NCBI RefSeq assembly: GCF_048593235.1
Contig: NC_133622.1
Span: forward strand, 205,499,198 to 205,563,197
Reading direction: 5' to 3'
Source of the DNA: Sminthopsis crassicaudata
Taxonomy: Eukaryota
Length of the DNA stretch: 64,000 nucleotides
The notes under the pieces were generated by a model. The model did not search any database. It was not told the DNA's origin and worked only from the letters and a program-made list of their open reading frames with translations. The position numbers were made by a program, and so were the translations under genes. This document shows positions 40,241-51,985 of the stretch, one piece after another. The stretch's first letter is position 1, and the number at the start of each line of letters is the position of its first letter.

Positions 40241-41111
40241 GTGGTGCCTTTTTCCTCTCCCCCCGAGAATGTCCCAGTCCCTTCCAATATTAAGACCTAG
40301 ATTACGGAGAATGAATTTTACTATTCACTCACTATTCAAACATTTAAGGGCCTACTCAGGGCCAGGCCTTTGGGGACACCCACAGGAGGGCAAGTAAGAG
40401 GCAAGATGGTAGGGCTAGAACCAAGAGAGATTTTGGGGCCGAAGTTCCAAGGAAGAGGGAATATTCAGGAGGGGGTGCTCAGAGTTAGGTGCTTCAGAGA
40501 AGTCAAGGAAGATCAGGATTGAGAAAAGGCCATGGGACTTGGCAATTATGAGGCCGTTAGCATAACTGGAAGTGACAGCAAAAAGTGGATTCCAAGCCCA
40601 CCTTTGGGAGCCATGTTGCTGGTTATGGCCTTTCCCTTCCACCATGTTTGTATGCTCAGCAGGGAGGAGCGTGTGGTTGTGGAGAGCGCGCCCTATGCCC
40701 ATGATTATCCTCAGCTCTTCTGCAGCTTAAATAAAGCTCTAGAAAGCTGTAGCCAGGATGGCTCAGAAATGAGATTTGAACTCGCGTCTTCCTTCCCGAC
40801 TCCCAGACTATCTCCGTACGCAGTATTCCATAGTTCTCCTCAGGTGGCATATTTTTGTAGGAGCCTAATAAGGGTTTGATGGATTCAATTTCAGGAAACC
40901 GTGGAATTAAGGCCTTCATGAGTCAGGAAGCTAGAAGGCTTTATTTCTGTTTTTCTTTAGCATTCTCAAGAGTCCCTACAAAGTCTCTTGCTGGGAAAGT
41001 CAGTGCTAAGGGGATGTTTACACTTTTGAGTTTTGGCTTTAGGCTTTTCCACAGGCTCCACAGCCTAACAAATGTGATTTTGGGGGTGGGGGCCGATTTG
41101 TCTTTCTGCAG

Positions 41112-41222
41112 GAAGCCCTCATGGAAGAATATGCAATCGCAGCCCAAGTGTGGAAACTCAGCACGTGTGACCTGTGTGAGATCGCTCGAAATAGCGTGCT
41201 CCAGAGTGGGCTGTCCCACAAG
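41112..41222 (+). CDS. AMPD3: AMPD3 exon 14 ([37 protein letters not shown]), ending at a GC donor
   Basis: ctgcag| acceptor; AAG|gcgagt donor gives 111 bp and keeps frame with exon 15. Confidence 0.9.
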
Positions 41223-42392
41223 GCGAGTGGGGTCTGCTGGCTGGGAGGGGACTTGGGAGGGAAAATCACGGGAAAGTCCTTTGGAAGGCCCAGTGTGGAT
41301 CCAGGCAGTGGTGGGCAGCGTGGGCTTGTCTCTATGTCCTGGAGATAGTATCTTTCGTTTGGACAGCGTGTTCAAGATTGCAAAGCACACAAAAGGTGGT
41401 GGGATGAAACCAGGTCCCAGAGGAATTTGTTAAATGTCCCTGAAGTAGATGGCTCAGGCAGGATTTAGACCCAGGTATTCCATCATTGTCACAAAGCCGG
41501 TCAGCTGCCCAGACTCACCCAGGCCTTTTTTGGCCAGCTTGGGAGGATACTGATCTCTGGGACCAACTGGTCCCTCCCTCAGAAGTAGAAGTTCTACATC
41601 ATCCTCAGCAGGAGCCCTTTGCCTGTTGTAGCTCCAAGTGTCCAGACTGAGACATTTCCTTCATTCGAGGTCTTTCTGTTCCCACGGTCTCTTCAGACCA
41701 GGTTTACCTTCAATAATAAGCTTTTCAGTGCCTCCTGTGTAAAAGGCACCAGAATAAACAATAGGGGAGATAGAAAACATCAGTAAGACAGTGTCTGATC
41801 TTGAAGTCCTTCCTGTTTCATACCATCATCATCAGGTACCCTCTGGAACCTCCTCCCAAGAACTTTGCCCCTTTTAGCTTCCTTTTGTGTATTGTCCTCC
41901 AATAGACTGTAAGCTCCTTGAGGGCAGGGACTAGCTTTTTCCTGTTGGTATCCTCAGTGCTTAGCCCACTTAAGTGCTTGATGTTTATTGTATCATTTCA
42001 TACTAACTTCATTTAATTTTTTATTATATTTTATTATTAATTGAATTATTTAATTTTGCAAACCTTAAAACAGGATAGAAATCCTGGTTATTGTATTATT
42101 AGTTATTAGCACAGGCTGCCTCCAGGACCTATCTAAATCCATTTTTGGCCATTCCACTCTTGAAGCCATGAATGCCTGGTACAGCAGGCTCGGCACAAAA
42201 CTCCAATAAGTTTTGCTGTCAGGGTGGACGTACTAACTACTGAGTCATGTTAGGATATGCAAGAAAGTAGACTCTAAGCCACTTAGAGGAAGGATTTTTT
42301 TGGATTTTGTATCCCCAGCTCTCAGCATGTGCCTTAAAAGTAGTGGGGACAGGACATTCATTGAATTGATTTTGCAAGTAGATTAGGCTTAA

Positions 42393-42593
<201 letters not shown>

Positions 42594-44050
42594 GTTCAGT
42601 GCTGGGACACGCTCCCAGAGCCTGCTGGTTTTAATCCTGCCCGCTGCGGTAGATGCTGGTCGAGAGGAGCCCGCTCAGGACCAAATACAGCCTCCCTGGA
42701 AGTGAAAGCTCGGGACACTGCTCAGGGGCTTCTCACTTTGACCTCCATCCTCCCTAAACCAGCATATCTGGAGCCGAGGCATTGTGGGTACGGTGGGGCC
42801 TGGGGGCTGACTGGAGGAGCTGAGTTTTGGTTTGTATTTTTTTCTTAAGTTTTCCAGACACTTTTCAGAAGACTGCCAATACTTGCATGAAAGGAATTGT
42901 ACTTTTCACTGTCAGGGGCCACACTGTATTGCCAATCAACCCTCTGGCCCTAAATGGCAGGTGGAATCAGATATATCCACTAAGTTTTCACACCAGGATG
43001 CCTGGGTTTGCTTTATTTTTTACAAGATATTTTTACTAATCATTTTTGTTCAGATTTCCATACACTATTACTATTAGCATTCACCAAATCGAACAGGAAT
43101 GTGCCGTAGGGATGATCTAGTCCAACTTTCTTACAAATGAAGAAATGGAAGAACTTGTAAAAGTCATAGCATGGAGCCCAGTCCACAAACAGTCCTTGCA
43201 GGACACCGTCCTGCCTCCATGCATTCAGGGGGCTTGTTTACCGGAAGCCCCTTTTCACCAATGAGCATTGTCTTTCAGGGAGCAGGAATTTGGCTCTGGG
43301 GACCTTAAAACAGAAAACTCAGTCCTTCTTGGACAAGCAAAGGGAAATGTAAGAAGTTCCCTGGAGCTATGGGGAACCTGGGAGGTCTGCTGGGGAGAGG
43401 CCTCCTGCCTAAGGCCACTGGGTCTCTCTACAACATACTGCCTCCCTCTCCAATATCACTTTTGTATTCTCCAATTCATGTCTGAGGAAGATTCCCCCAT
43501 CCCTTTTTTCCCCCTGTTTAAAGAATGAAGAAATAGGTTTAACATCATCTCCTAAATAACAGGTTTTTAGCTAGCAACTTCAGTGATCAGACAAGGAGAG
43601 ACAATTAACTGGGCTGGGAAAGGATAGTGGAGTGATTCTTAGAATCAGAATTTAAACTCTTCCAATTTACTCCCTACCAACGTTTTAATGTCATGTGCAC
43701 ATGGTAATTAGAAAACCACTTGAGCTTGCTTAGTAAGCTCCCATGTATTTCTCTTCTGGAGAAGCTGTTACAGACTTAGTGGAATCTATGTTTGTGTGCA
43801 AAAATGGTTACTAGACTTTAGATCCTTCTCGTTACTCTCTCTGGCCACGGAAATATAGGGGCTATTGGTTTTTGCGGCAGAATAATTTCCTGAGTCTAAA
43901 CTTGCCCACTTTGGCATGTAACTTTCATAGAAAAGCCCCCAATTGTACGCATTTGCACTAATGTATATAACTCCTGTATAGTCTGATTTTAGCTGTTTAG
44001 AGACACCTTGTTTAAAAGAAATGGAATTAAAGTTTAATGAGACAGTTGCT
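42594..44050 (+). other. AMPD3: Putative AMPD3 3' UTR
   Basis: Follows the stop; candidate ATTAAA at 44026-44031; end approximate. Confidence 0.5.
44026..44031 (+). terminator. Candidate AMPD3 polyadenylation signal (ATTAAA)
   Basis: Variant hexamer about 1.4 kb after the stop, with U/GU-rich sequence downstream. Confidence 0.45.
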
Positions 44051-44810
44051 CAATCATGTGAATGTTTTCAGGCATCGACGTTGCTAGACCTTTCTTATTT
44101 TCTCTTTAAGGAAGTGTGGAGGGGCAGAAGGGAAGACCAAGGAAGCATTACCCTAAATTAATGGAGTGTAGCAAATGAATGCTCTTCCTAACCCTGACAG
44201 ACAAGCTTGGAGAACATCCGTGGCAGGGTGAGAGAGCGCAGGTCCCACTGCCAGGGGCCTTCTGGTTTTTCTTCGGTAGCCAAAGACAATTACCAGTGTC
44301 TGATTTTACACCAGTCAGGAGGCTGCCCATAGAAAACCCAGAGTTCTCTTTCCTGGGAGTGGCTTCCTGCTTTGCTCCAACATGTTTGGGGCATCCTTGT
44401 CTCTCTTCTTATTCTCTTTGGAGGATCACTTTCAAAGCTCTTTGTCCCGGTACCGGTGTATTTCTGCCTGGTGATACTTACTGGTTACTGTTTTGATGGC
44501 TGCTGGGTCAGCAGCACAATATACTGCTTTTCCAAGTGTGGCCTTTTCCAAGACGGCTCTGGAAATTTATTCTCTCCCCCCCAACCTAACTAGCCTTAGT
44601 AACACACTTTCCTTTTTGCTACAATTTTATATTGCCTTATGAACACAATGCACAGCCTCCTAAGTCACCCATGCTTTCTGCCTTTTACCTTCTGCTCTTG
44701 GAGGGAGATGCAGTGGCAAGACACATCCTTCTGCACTGACCTTTTCTTTGACTTCTTGCGGTCAGAGTAAAATCCCCTTCATCTTTTTCATTCGTCTTGT
44801 GGACACAATT

Positions 44811-44851
44811 GAGGGTAACGATATATATATATAAAAAATGTCAGAGGGTAA

Positions 44852-44896
<45 letters not shown>

Positions 44897-44899
44897 CAG
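44811..44899. repeat. Tandem duplication gagggtaacg(at)n-aaaatgtca with a variable AT tract
   Basis: Units start at 44811 and 44844. Confidence 0.85.
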
Positions 44900-46099
44900 T
44901 AATCTACTCTACTTGAACAATGTTTTAAAGGTCAATGGTAACGATATTAAAAAGAATATTAATTATGTGGAATCTGGTCCTCTGCACTTTTGTTTTTCCT
45001 CCCAGAAACACTCAGGATATAAATGCTGTCACAGGGGAAGGGTTAGACGCTAAAAACCAGGAGAGGACCTTCGCCCTAGGTCTTTTACCCACATCACATC
45101 CACAGCACCCAGAATAATGGGATTAACTATACATCTCTAAAGACTCGGAAGATAAAAAGTTTCAAGCCATTCTAGAAAAGAACAGAAAAGTCAGGTACTC
45201 ACTTTAACATTTGAGGTAGCCAGATGTCTTGACGACTAGAGCACTGCCTGGAGTCAGAAAGACCTAGCTGGGTGATCCTGGGCAAGTTTCAGTGAGGTCC
45301 CTGAAATGGCCATCAACACTTTCAGCTCTGAATCAATGATTTTCAATCCGAGTTAAACCTACTCCTAAAAACTTCAGTGTGGCTCCCCTGTAATACTCTC
45401 TTGCATGCACCTAGCCTGACAATTGTGGGAAAGCTAAGCCACCCAGACAGTGAGTTTTCTGATGTTTGAAAGACTCAAGTTTGAACACAATCTCTGCCAT
45501 TTGCCGGCTGAGTGACCCTTCAAAGTCACCTCTCAAGGACTTAACTCGAGTCACTCAAATGGAGATCTGAATTCCCATACCCTTGTTTCCCTTTGTGTGA
45601 GCAAATCATAGATACTTGAATCTTTCCCACTCCCCATAGGGTAAATGTTTGCTCTCCCCCTGTTCCTCGTCATTTTGAAAAGATACCAAAGGTACCCACA
45701 TTAAACACAAACACAAGACGTAATGTAGAGGTTGTTTTTACTACTTTCCACAAATATGACGAGAAGCCACAGTCTCACACAAGAGATCTCCCTTGTGTTT
45801 TCACTCACAGACATCTTTGCTCCCATGCCCACCACACAGATGGTTAGTGGATTCTCCCTGTCTTCAAATGGTTTTCTCCCCATTCTTTGGTAAAAGTAGC
45901 AAATGTGACTTATTTAAGAAAATCAAAGTTGGAACTTGAATTGTGGGAAATAAGCCTGGTTTTTCCCAGCGTTCTAATTATTCACCAAGAGCAGTTAGAA
46001 CCACTTATAATAGAGGTTGTGGCAGGAAGCAGCAGCTGGTTTATCACCTGCTGTCAGTACCTTTACTTATCACCCTAAGCAATCTGGGCATGAGGAGGC

Positions 46100-49000
46100 C
46101 TGGTTTTAATAACCTCAAATGAATTTTAATTGATTTTTTTAAAACAGGAAGAAAAGGTCACAAGTCAGTCAGAAATACTCCTAGAAACCAATGTACAATA
46201 TATAAAAACAGCCCTCTAAGGAAAATAAGTTTATAGTTAGTCCACAGATCCAACCAATTACAATACATAATAATAGTAAATCACACAATTGTAAGAAGAA
46301 ACAATTGTCAATAGCTATCTTTTCCTCCCCTCCCCCCCACTGTTTATTGCACAATTTATCAATCTGATCTAATAATACAGACCGGAGTATTTAATAGTCC
46401 CTAATGTGTCCAACTGCAAACTCAGACATGACTTTCCTTTTGGAAAGCTTAAGAAATAGTAATTTTAATAATGAAGCATTATTTTAAACAGCTCCTCTAT
46501 TTGCATCTAAATGTAGAAGCAAGCAAGCAGCTCATAGTCAAACTTAGCCTAGCACATGAAAATGGTATAGTTATCAGTAGATTTTGAAACCCTTTTAGTG
46601 CATTTAAGAAAAGGACATTTTGTCAATCAACAAAGTGTCAACATTTTGTCAATTAACAAATAAACAAATCCAGTTCCTTAGAGTCAGTGCATGAGAGATT
46701 ATCACCAGCTCTGGAAGGCACGAGTTACACCAGTTCCTACCTCCTGGCACAGCAAGTGCATTTTAGTACTTTCTAATTACAAAAGATTTAAAAGTATAAG
46801 ATAAAAAAGTTTACACCTTCACCTTGAAGCAAAATTACAATTTTGGGAATTAGTTTATCCTACAGTAAAAACTACCTTTCATTCACATGCGAAGGAAAAA
46901 AATCGCAAAGCGTGATAGAATCAGCAGAGAAATGGGGTTGTCAGTTTCCCATTTATTTTGATGAGGTTAATGAAACTACGTGATGATCCTGCATAGCAGT
47001 CAGTGTTTGGGGTGGAACACAGTTTGGAAAATAGGAGAGGTTTTAGTAATATATTTCCTCAATGCTCGTGGCTGGTCATTAACTCCTCGAAAGAGAAAAG
47101 ATAAGTGGAAGAAAATGCTATAAGGCCAACCTGCAGAGATGGCACAGTGAAAGTTGGCCCAAGAAAATGATTCTGCTGAGTGGGGATGTTATCAGTATGA
47201 AACTGGGGAGAGAGACCTGCATATGGATTCAGGAAGACATAATTAAAATCCTGCCTCGTACACTGGCTGTGTGACTGGCAAATTAGTTCCCCTTCTCTGA
47301 ATCTCAATGGAACCATCAGTAAAATGGGGGTTATAACTACAGGAGCTATCTTGCAGGAGGCTATTGTGAGGTTTCGATGAAATAATGTATGGCATATCAG
47401 TTAATCACTGTCATCACCTACACTTATTGCTTAGTAAGACTAGAGAATTTTATTTAAGGGAGCTGGGAAGCGGGGCTTGCAAACACGCCACTCTATGGCC
47501 ACAGCTCTCATTACTACCCTCACCCTTGTAGCCCCATACCCAAAACAAATCTCCTGCCCTTTCATGGAATTACAAGACAATGGGAATGAGCAAAGAAGGC
47601 ATTTCACAATTCGATGAAGTATGTTTGAAGATGTGTCCTGGAATCTGAGCCAGCTTAAGAATATGATTTTTTAAGCCAAGAACTCATTTCCAGACATGCT
47701 CAGTGGGCGCCAACGAAATCCAAATAATGTTCGGGCACCACTGCCGAATATGTTTATTTTAAAACTGGGAGATTAAAGGGTTTGGTTTTCTTGGCAATTC
47801 TATTTTTTAAGCAAAGCCAAAATATTATATGGTGTGCATATAATGTATCTGACTATATTAAAAAGTAATTTGAATTAGGCTTACAAAGACCTCCTCTACA
47901 AATCAAATTCTGAAAACAAGTCTACTGAAGCACTCAGCCCACAAACATCCATCAGCTAGTAATTTAGCCACAGATCTGAAAAGGGGCAAAATCTGTGTAA
48001 GCCACAACGCCTCAGATCTCAGACATCTGAAGGGAGAATAATACCAATAAAAAAGGAGCAAGCTGCTGTTGTTGTTTTTTTTTCCTATGAATGGATCATT
48101 AATTTTATTTGCACACTTGCTAAAAAAAATGGAAGAATCTTCTATTTACACACATAATCCTGCAGCCACTCCCTGAAATAGCAACATAAACCATCTGCCC
48201 CAGTGCTTACAGTATTGTATATTTGCAATTTCAACTAAAGAGGTCAGAATGGTTTCCTTGGAAGGTTGAATACATTGGCTTTTAAAGAAAACCTTCACGA
48301 GTGCTGAATATTAAGTAATCAAGACAAACCAAATGCTTTCTGTGAACATTTCCCTCTTTCTCAGAAGAGGTTGAAATACTTTGAGAACACTGCCTCTAAC
48401 TAAATCCTTACTCCTGTACTGCTGAATATTCTTAGCCAACCAGCCTGAACTTCGTCCCTGTTTCAGGAAGATCCTACACTTATAGGGAAGGAGCAGGACC
48501 ACTGGTTTCTTCTCCTTTTAACCTCCTAAGTATGAGCATTCTGAAATCTCGGGAAAACGATACCAAATCATGAAACGAAAAAGCACCTTGGTCAATACTG
48601 AGCAATTTATCATTTAGTAGAGATTTGTTTCCAGTATATAGAGTTTGAAAGTATAAGAATTTAGAGCTTTTCTATTAAGAAAAATGTGCCTATCAAACCC
48701 CAGGACTTTGCACAAGGAGTGTTAGAAACCATCGAGCAGCCCACAGCGAGTTTCCCCCCAAATATTTGTTGGCAAAAATAATTTCAGAAGCTCTAGATTT
48801 CTTACTCACTTTGCAATACACAGGTTTCATCATCTAATATCTCTGAATCACAAAGTGCTTGATTAGGAAGCATCTGTGGTTAATTCATGCAGAGATCATT
48901 AATGGAGTCACTATTAACCAGCAGGGGGCAATAACAACCCTTTAAATTCCAGTAAAACGACTAGCTTAGTAGTAATGAGCACTTGGATTTATTTTCTATT

Positions 49001-49413
49001 TTCAGTTGTTTTAAAGTGGGTTTGTGTGTCAGAAAGCTATGACTACTAAGTACTCAGGATTGATCAAAACCTACCGTGCCTACCTAAAACCAGTGTTTCA
49101 GAAGTTTCTCAAAATGATACTTCTCTAACTAGCAGCCAAAGCATTCTCAAAGAACACCATGGACCTACTGGGATACCTACCAACATTAGACTGGCTCATG
49201 TACAAGATTTAAAACAGTAATTTAGATGAAAACAAAACCAAGATTCATGAAATTTATCAAAAGGGATGGAATAAATTGTGGAGAAGTGTGGCAAAAATAG
49301 AGATGGGGTGAAGGGAGGAATCAATTTTCATGTGCTCATGACACTGATGCCCCTATATTCTTTACTCCATCCCCAAATGGGATTTACAACCCAAGTGACC
49401 AAAAGTCCCAGTT
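46100..49413 (-). other. RNF141: Putative long RNF141 3' UTR
   Basis: AT-rich; - strand signals include AATAAA at 48104-48109 and 46343-46348, and ATTAAA at 46125-46130 and 46105-46110; true end uncertain. Confidence 0.45.
47225..47400 (+). mobile_element. Degraded MIR inside the putative RNF141 3' UTR
   Basis: tcaggaagac, gctgtgtgact, gtaaaatggggg and attgtgagg...atgaaataatg motifs. Confidence 0.5.
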
Positions 49414-49564
49414 TCATGGCATGTGAGGCTGGCCGGCCTCATCAGCCATGTTAAGTATATAGTTAGCCATGTCATCTTCTGTAGGTGCATCAGACACAAC
49501 CCAAGAATCATTGACCCCACTCATCTGTAGGCGGCAGATAGGACAGTTCCTGTGGCGATCACTC
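49414..49564 (-). CDS. RNF141: RNF141 last coding exon ([16 protein letters not shown]...AGQPHMP*)
   Basis: ctgcag| acceptor; CPIC completes the RING; TGA at 49416-49414; exons total 696 nt. Confidence 0.97.
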
Positions 49565-50404
49565 CTGCAGGAGAAGACAACAAAAGAAAAAAGACTGAGC
49601 AATGAATACATATCCAACTGTACGTAGCTCTTTTCTTACTATCAAAACCTCCTCTAGGTCCCAAGAAGAAATCCACACTTAAATCTTTGATCTATGGGTG
49701 AAATATAAAGAAACAAAGAACTTTAGGGAATTGTAGAGCTGGAAAGGACCTTCTCCTTTTGCAGATGGGACAACTACAGTGAGTGTGAGTGGCTATTAAG
49801 TGGCACAGCTGGGGTGAGAATCCTGATCTCACTTTCACAACTCTAGTATCTTACCTACCCTTCTCAAATGGAAGTCAGCAAGCTTGGGGGGAGAGTGCAG
49901 AACTGTTCTGATTCTAAATATGGGTCAAAGATCTCTTTCCTTATAAGAAAGAGAAAATTTCAAAATCAATCAGGTAAGTTTAGCCCAGAATAATTAGAAT
50001 CAAAAGGTTCTTTAGAGAATTTCTTTATTTTTTACAAACTGAGACCCAGAAGGACCCAAGGTCATAAAGAAAGAATCTAAAGTAGAACCAGACTCCAGCT
50101 CACTCTCTTATACTTATCAGGTCAAATTCTTAAAGTTGCACCAAAAATTGCTTATCAACTAAATAATAGTGTTACAAAAGAGATCCAAAATATGTATTGG
50201 TAACAAAGTTCCTTATCCACTTCCACTCATTAGCATTATTAGCACTGGCCGTCTCTCTCAGGCCCTTTCCCTGTTTTTCCATGGTCCCTAAGGTTCCCTA
50301 CACTCTGGCCCATCTCAGTGACTCCTTTAAATGAAGAGGTGCTTCTGCTTATACTGTTTTATTGAGCAGATGCAATAACTTTAACGATTGTGTTTATCTC
50401 TTAC

Positions 50405-50512
50405 CATTTATCAATGCACTTCTGACAAAAGCTGTGGGCACAGGGTAGAATGAGGTCGGCTCGCCCATCCATGCAAATACAGCATTCCTCCTCATCAGTC
50501 AGCTGCTTCACT
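50405..50512 (-). CDS. RNF141: RNF141 RING exon ([36 protein letters not shown])
   Basis: gttacag| and |gtaaga; 108 bp; CxxC, CxH and CxxC of a C3HC4 RING. Confidence 0.97.
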
Positions 50513-51399
50513 CTGTAACACGGACAAAGAGCTGTTGACACAAGGACATGCTGACTCCGGTTACGTGTCAGACTTAAGACTATTTACATCGTTATCTAAA
50601 ACACCATTACCTGCTCACGGGTACACTACACAAAGCTGATCACTTGCAAAATCAGCCATTGCTGTCTTGGAATAACACTAAAAATGATTGATTTCTTAAG
50701 ACACTTGTGTAATGAGGAAAAATCTGTCAAATTATTTCCTAATTAGCTTGTTCAGTCCCTGACTCATCCCCATCTCAACAAAAGACATGGAGGAAAATGT
50801 GAGACCAATGTTAATTGATTATTCCAAGTGCTGGTTCTGGGCCATAAGAAGCCTAGTTTCTGTGGGAAGCTAACACCTTCAGGTATGAGGCAGAAAAGAA
50901 AGAGGAAGATTATATCCAATCAAAGTTCAAATTTCAACAAACATGAGAGTAAAAAATCTCCTGGAGAGAAGGGACTGCTTCTTTCATTCTTGGGATTTGT
51001 CTCCCACATAATAGGCATTTAATAAATGCTTACTGAGTGATTGACAAAAAAGGGGAAAAACCAACGCCAAACCACTGCCTGCATTCTACAGAAGCAGGGA
51101 TATGACATGTACGTATAGAAGTAAAAGCAAGATTTGTGTGAGAGTTCAACCAAAATGGAGAGATAAGGAAAGGCTTAGCATGGGAACTGAAGCCAGAGTA
51201 GAGGCTAGAAGGAAGCTGGGAATTTAAGAAATTGAGGTCCAAAGTGAGTGCTCTTACTCCACATGGAAGGTCTTATAGAACTTTGTACCTTTTCTACAAG
51301 ATCTATCTTTTCCAAATTGACTTTCTGTGGAGAGCACCAACCATACTGCCCTTCCAGTCATCTGGATTCCTTAGGATTATTCCTGAGCTCTATGAGTTT

Positions 51400-51985
51400 C
51401 CAAACCTTGTCCTTTCCACCTCCCCAACACTTCTTATAGCTTTCCACATCTGCAACCATTACCCTGACTCAGTCCTTCATTGCCTTTTGCCTGCACTGCT
51501 GTACCAGCCTCTAAACTGGTCTCTCTGCCTCCACAGTGATCCATCCTCTGCATGAAAGCCCTTCACTTTACTCAGTCAAGTCTAATGGCTTTCTATTACC
51601 TCCAGGACTCTGTCTGGCTCTAAAGCTTTTTTAACCTGGGCCCTTTCTATCATTCCCTGCCAGCCCTTCATAAACATTAAGGCTCAGCTAAACTGGTGTT
51701 GCAGTTCTCATCCAACACTCCATCTCCTGCATTCTGGCCTCTGTGCAGGTTAGCCTCTATTCCCCCAGACTTGGACTATACTCCTTCTGCACCTCCCTGG
51801 CTCAAACCTGTTTCCTTCCAGACACAGATCAAGAGCCAACTTCTGCAAGAAGCCTTTAGTCCTTCTAGTTCTGAATCTCCCTGTATTAGGTTTTCCCTCA
51901 AATGTTGTCACATCAGTTTCTCTGGTGTCTGAATCTTCAGCACCTAATCCACTGCCTGGAACACAGTAAGTGTAAAATAAATGGC
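51400..51985 (+). mobile_element. L2 remnant (3' end)
   Basis: Pyrimidine-rich L2-like body ending gcctggaacacagtaagtg...aataaatg. Confidence 0.6.

Noticed and set aside
40876-41433. 185-aa alternate-frame ORF and 149-aa antisense ORF over exon 14
   Set aside because: Explained by overlap with a coding exon and GC-rich flanks; no recognisable product.
50520-50700. Possible intronic snoRNA before the RING exon
   Set aside because: A CTGA is present, but there is no proper C box (RTGATGA) or H/ACA architecture.
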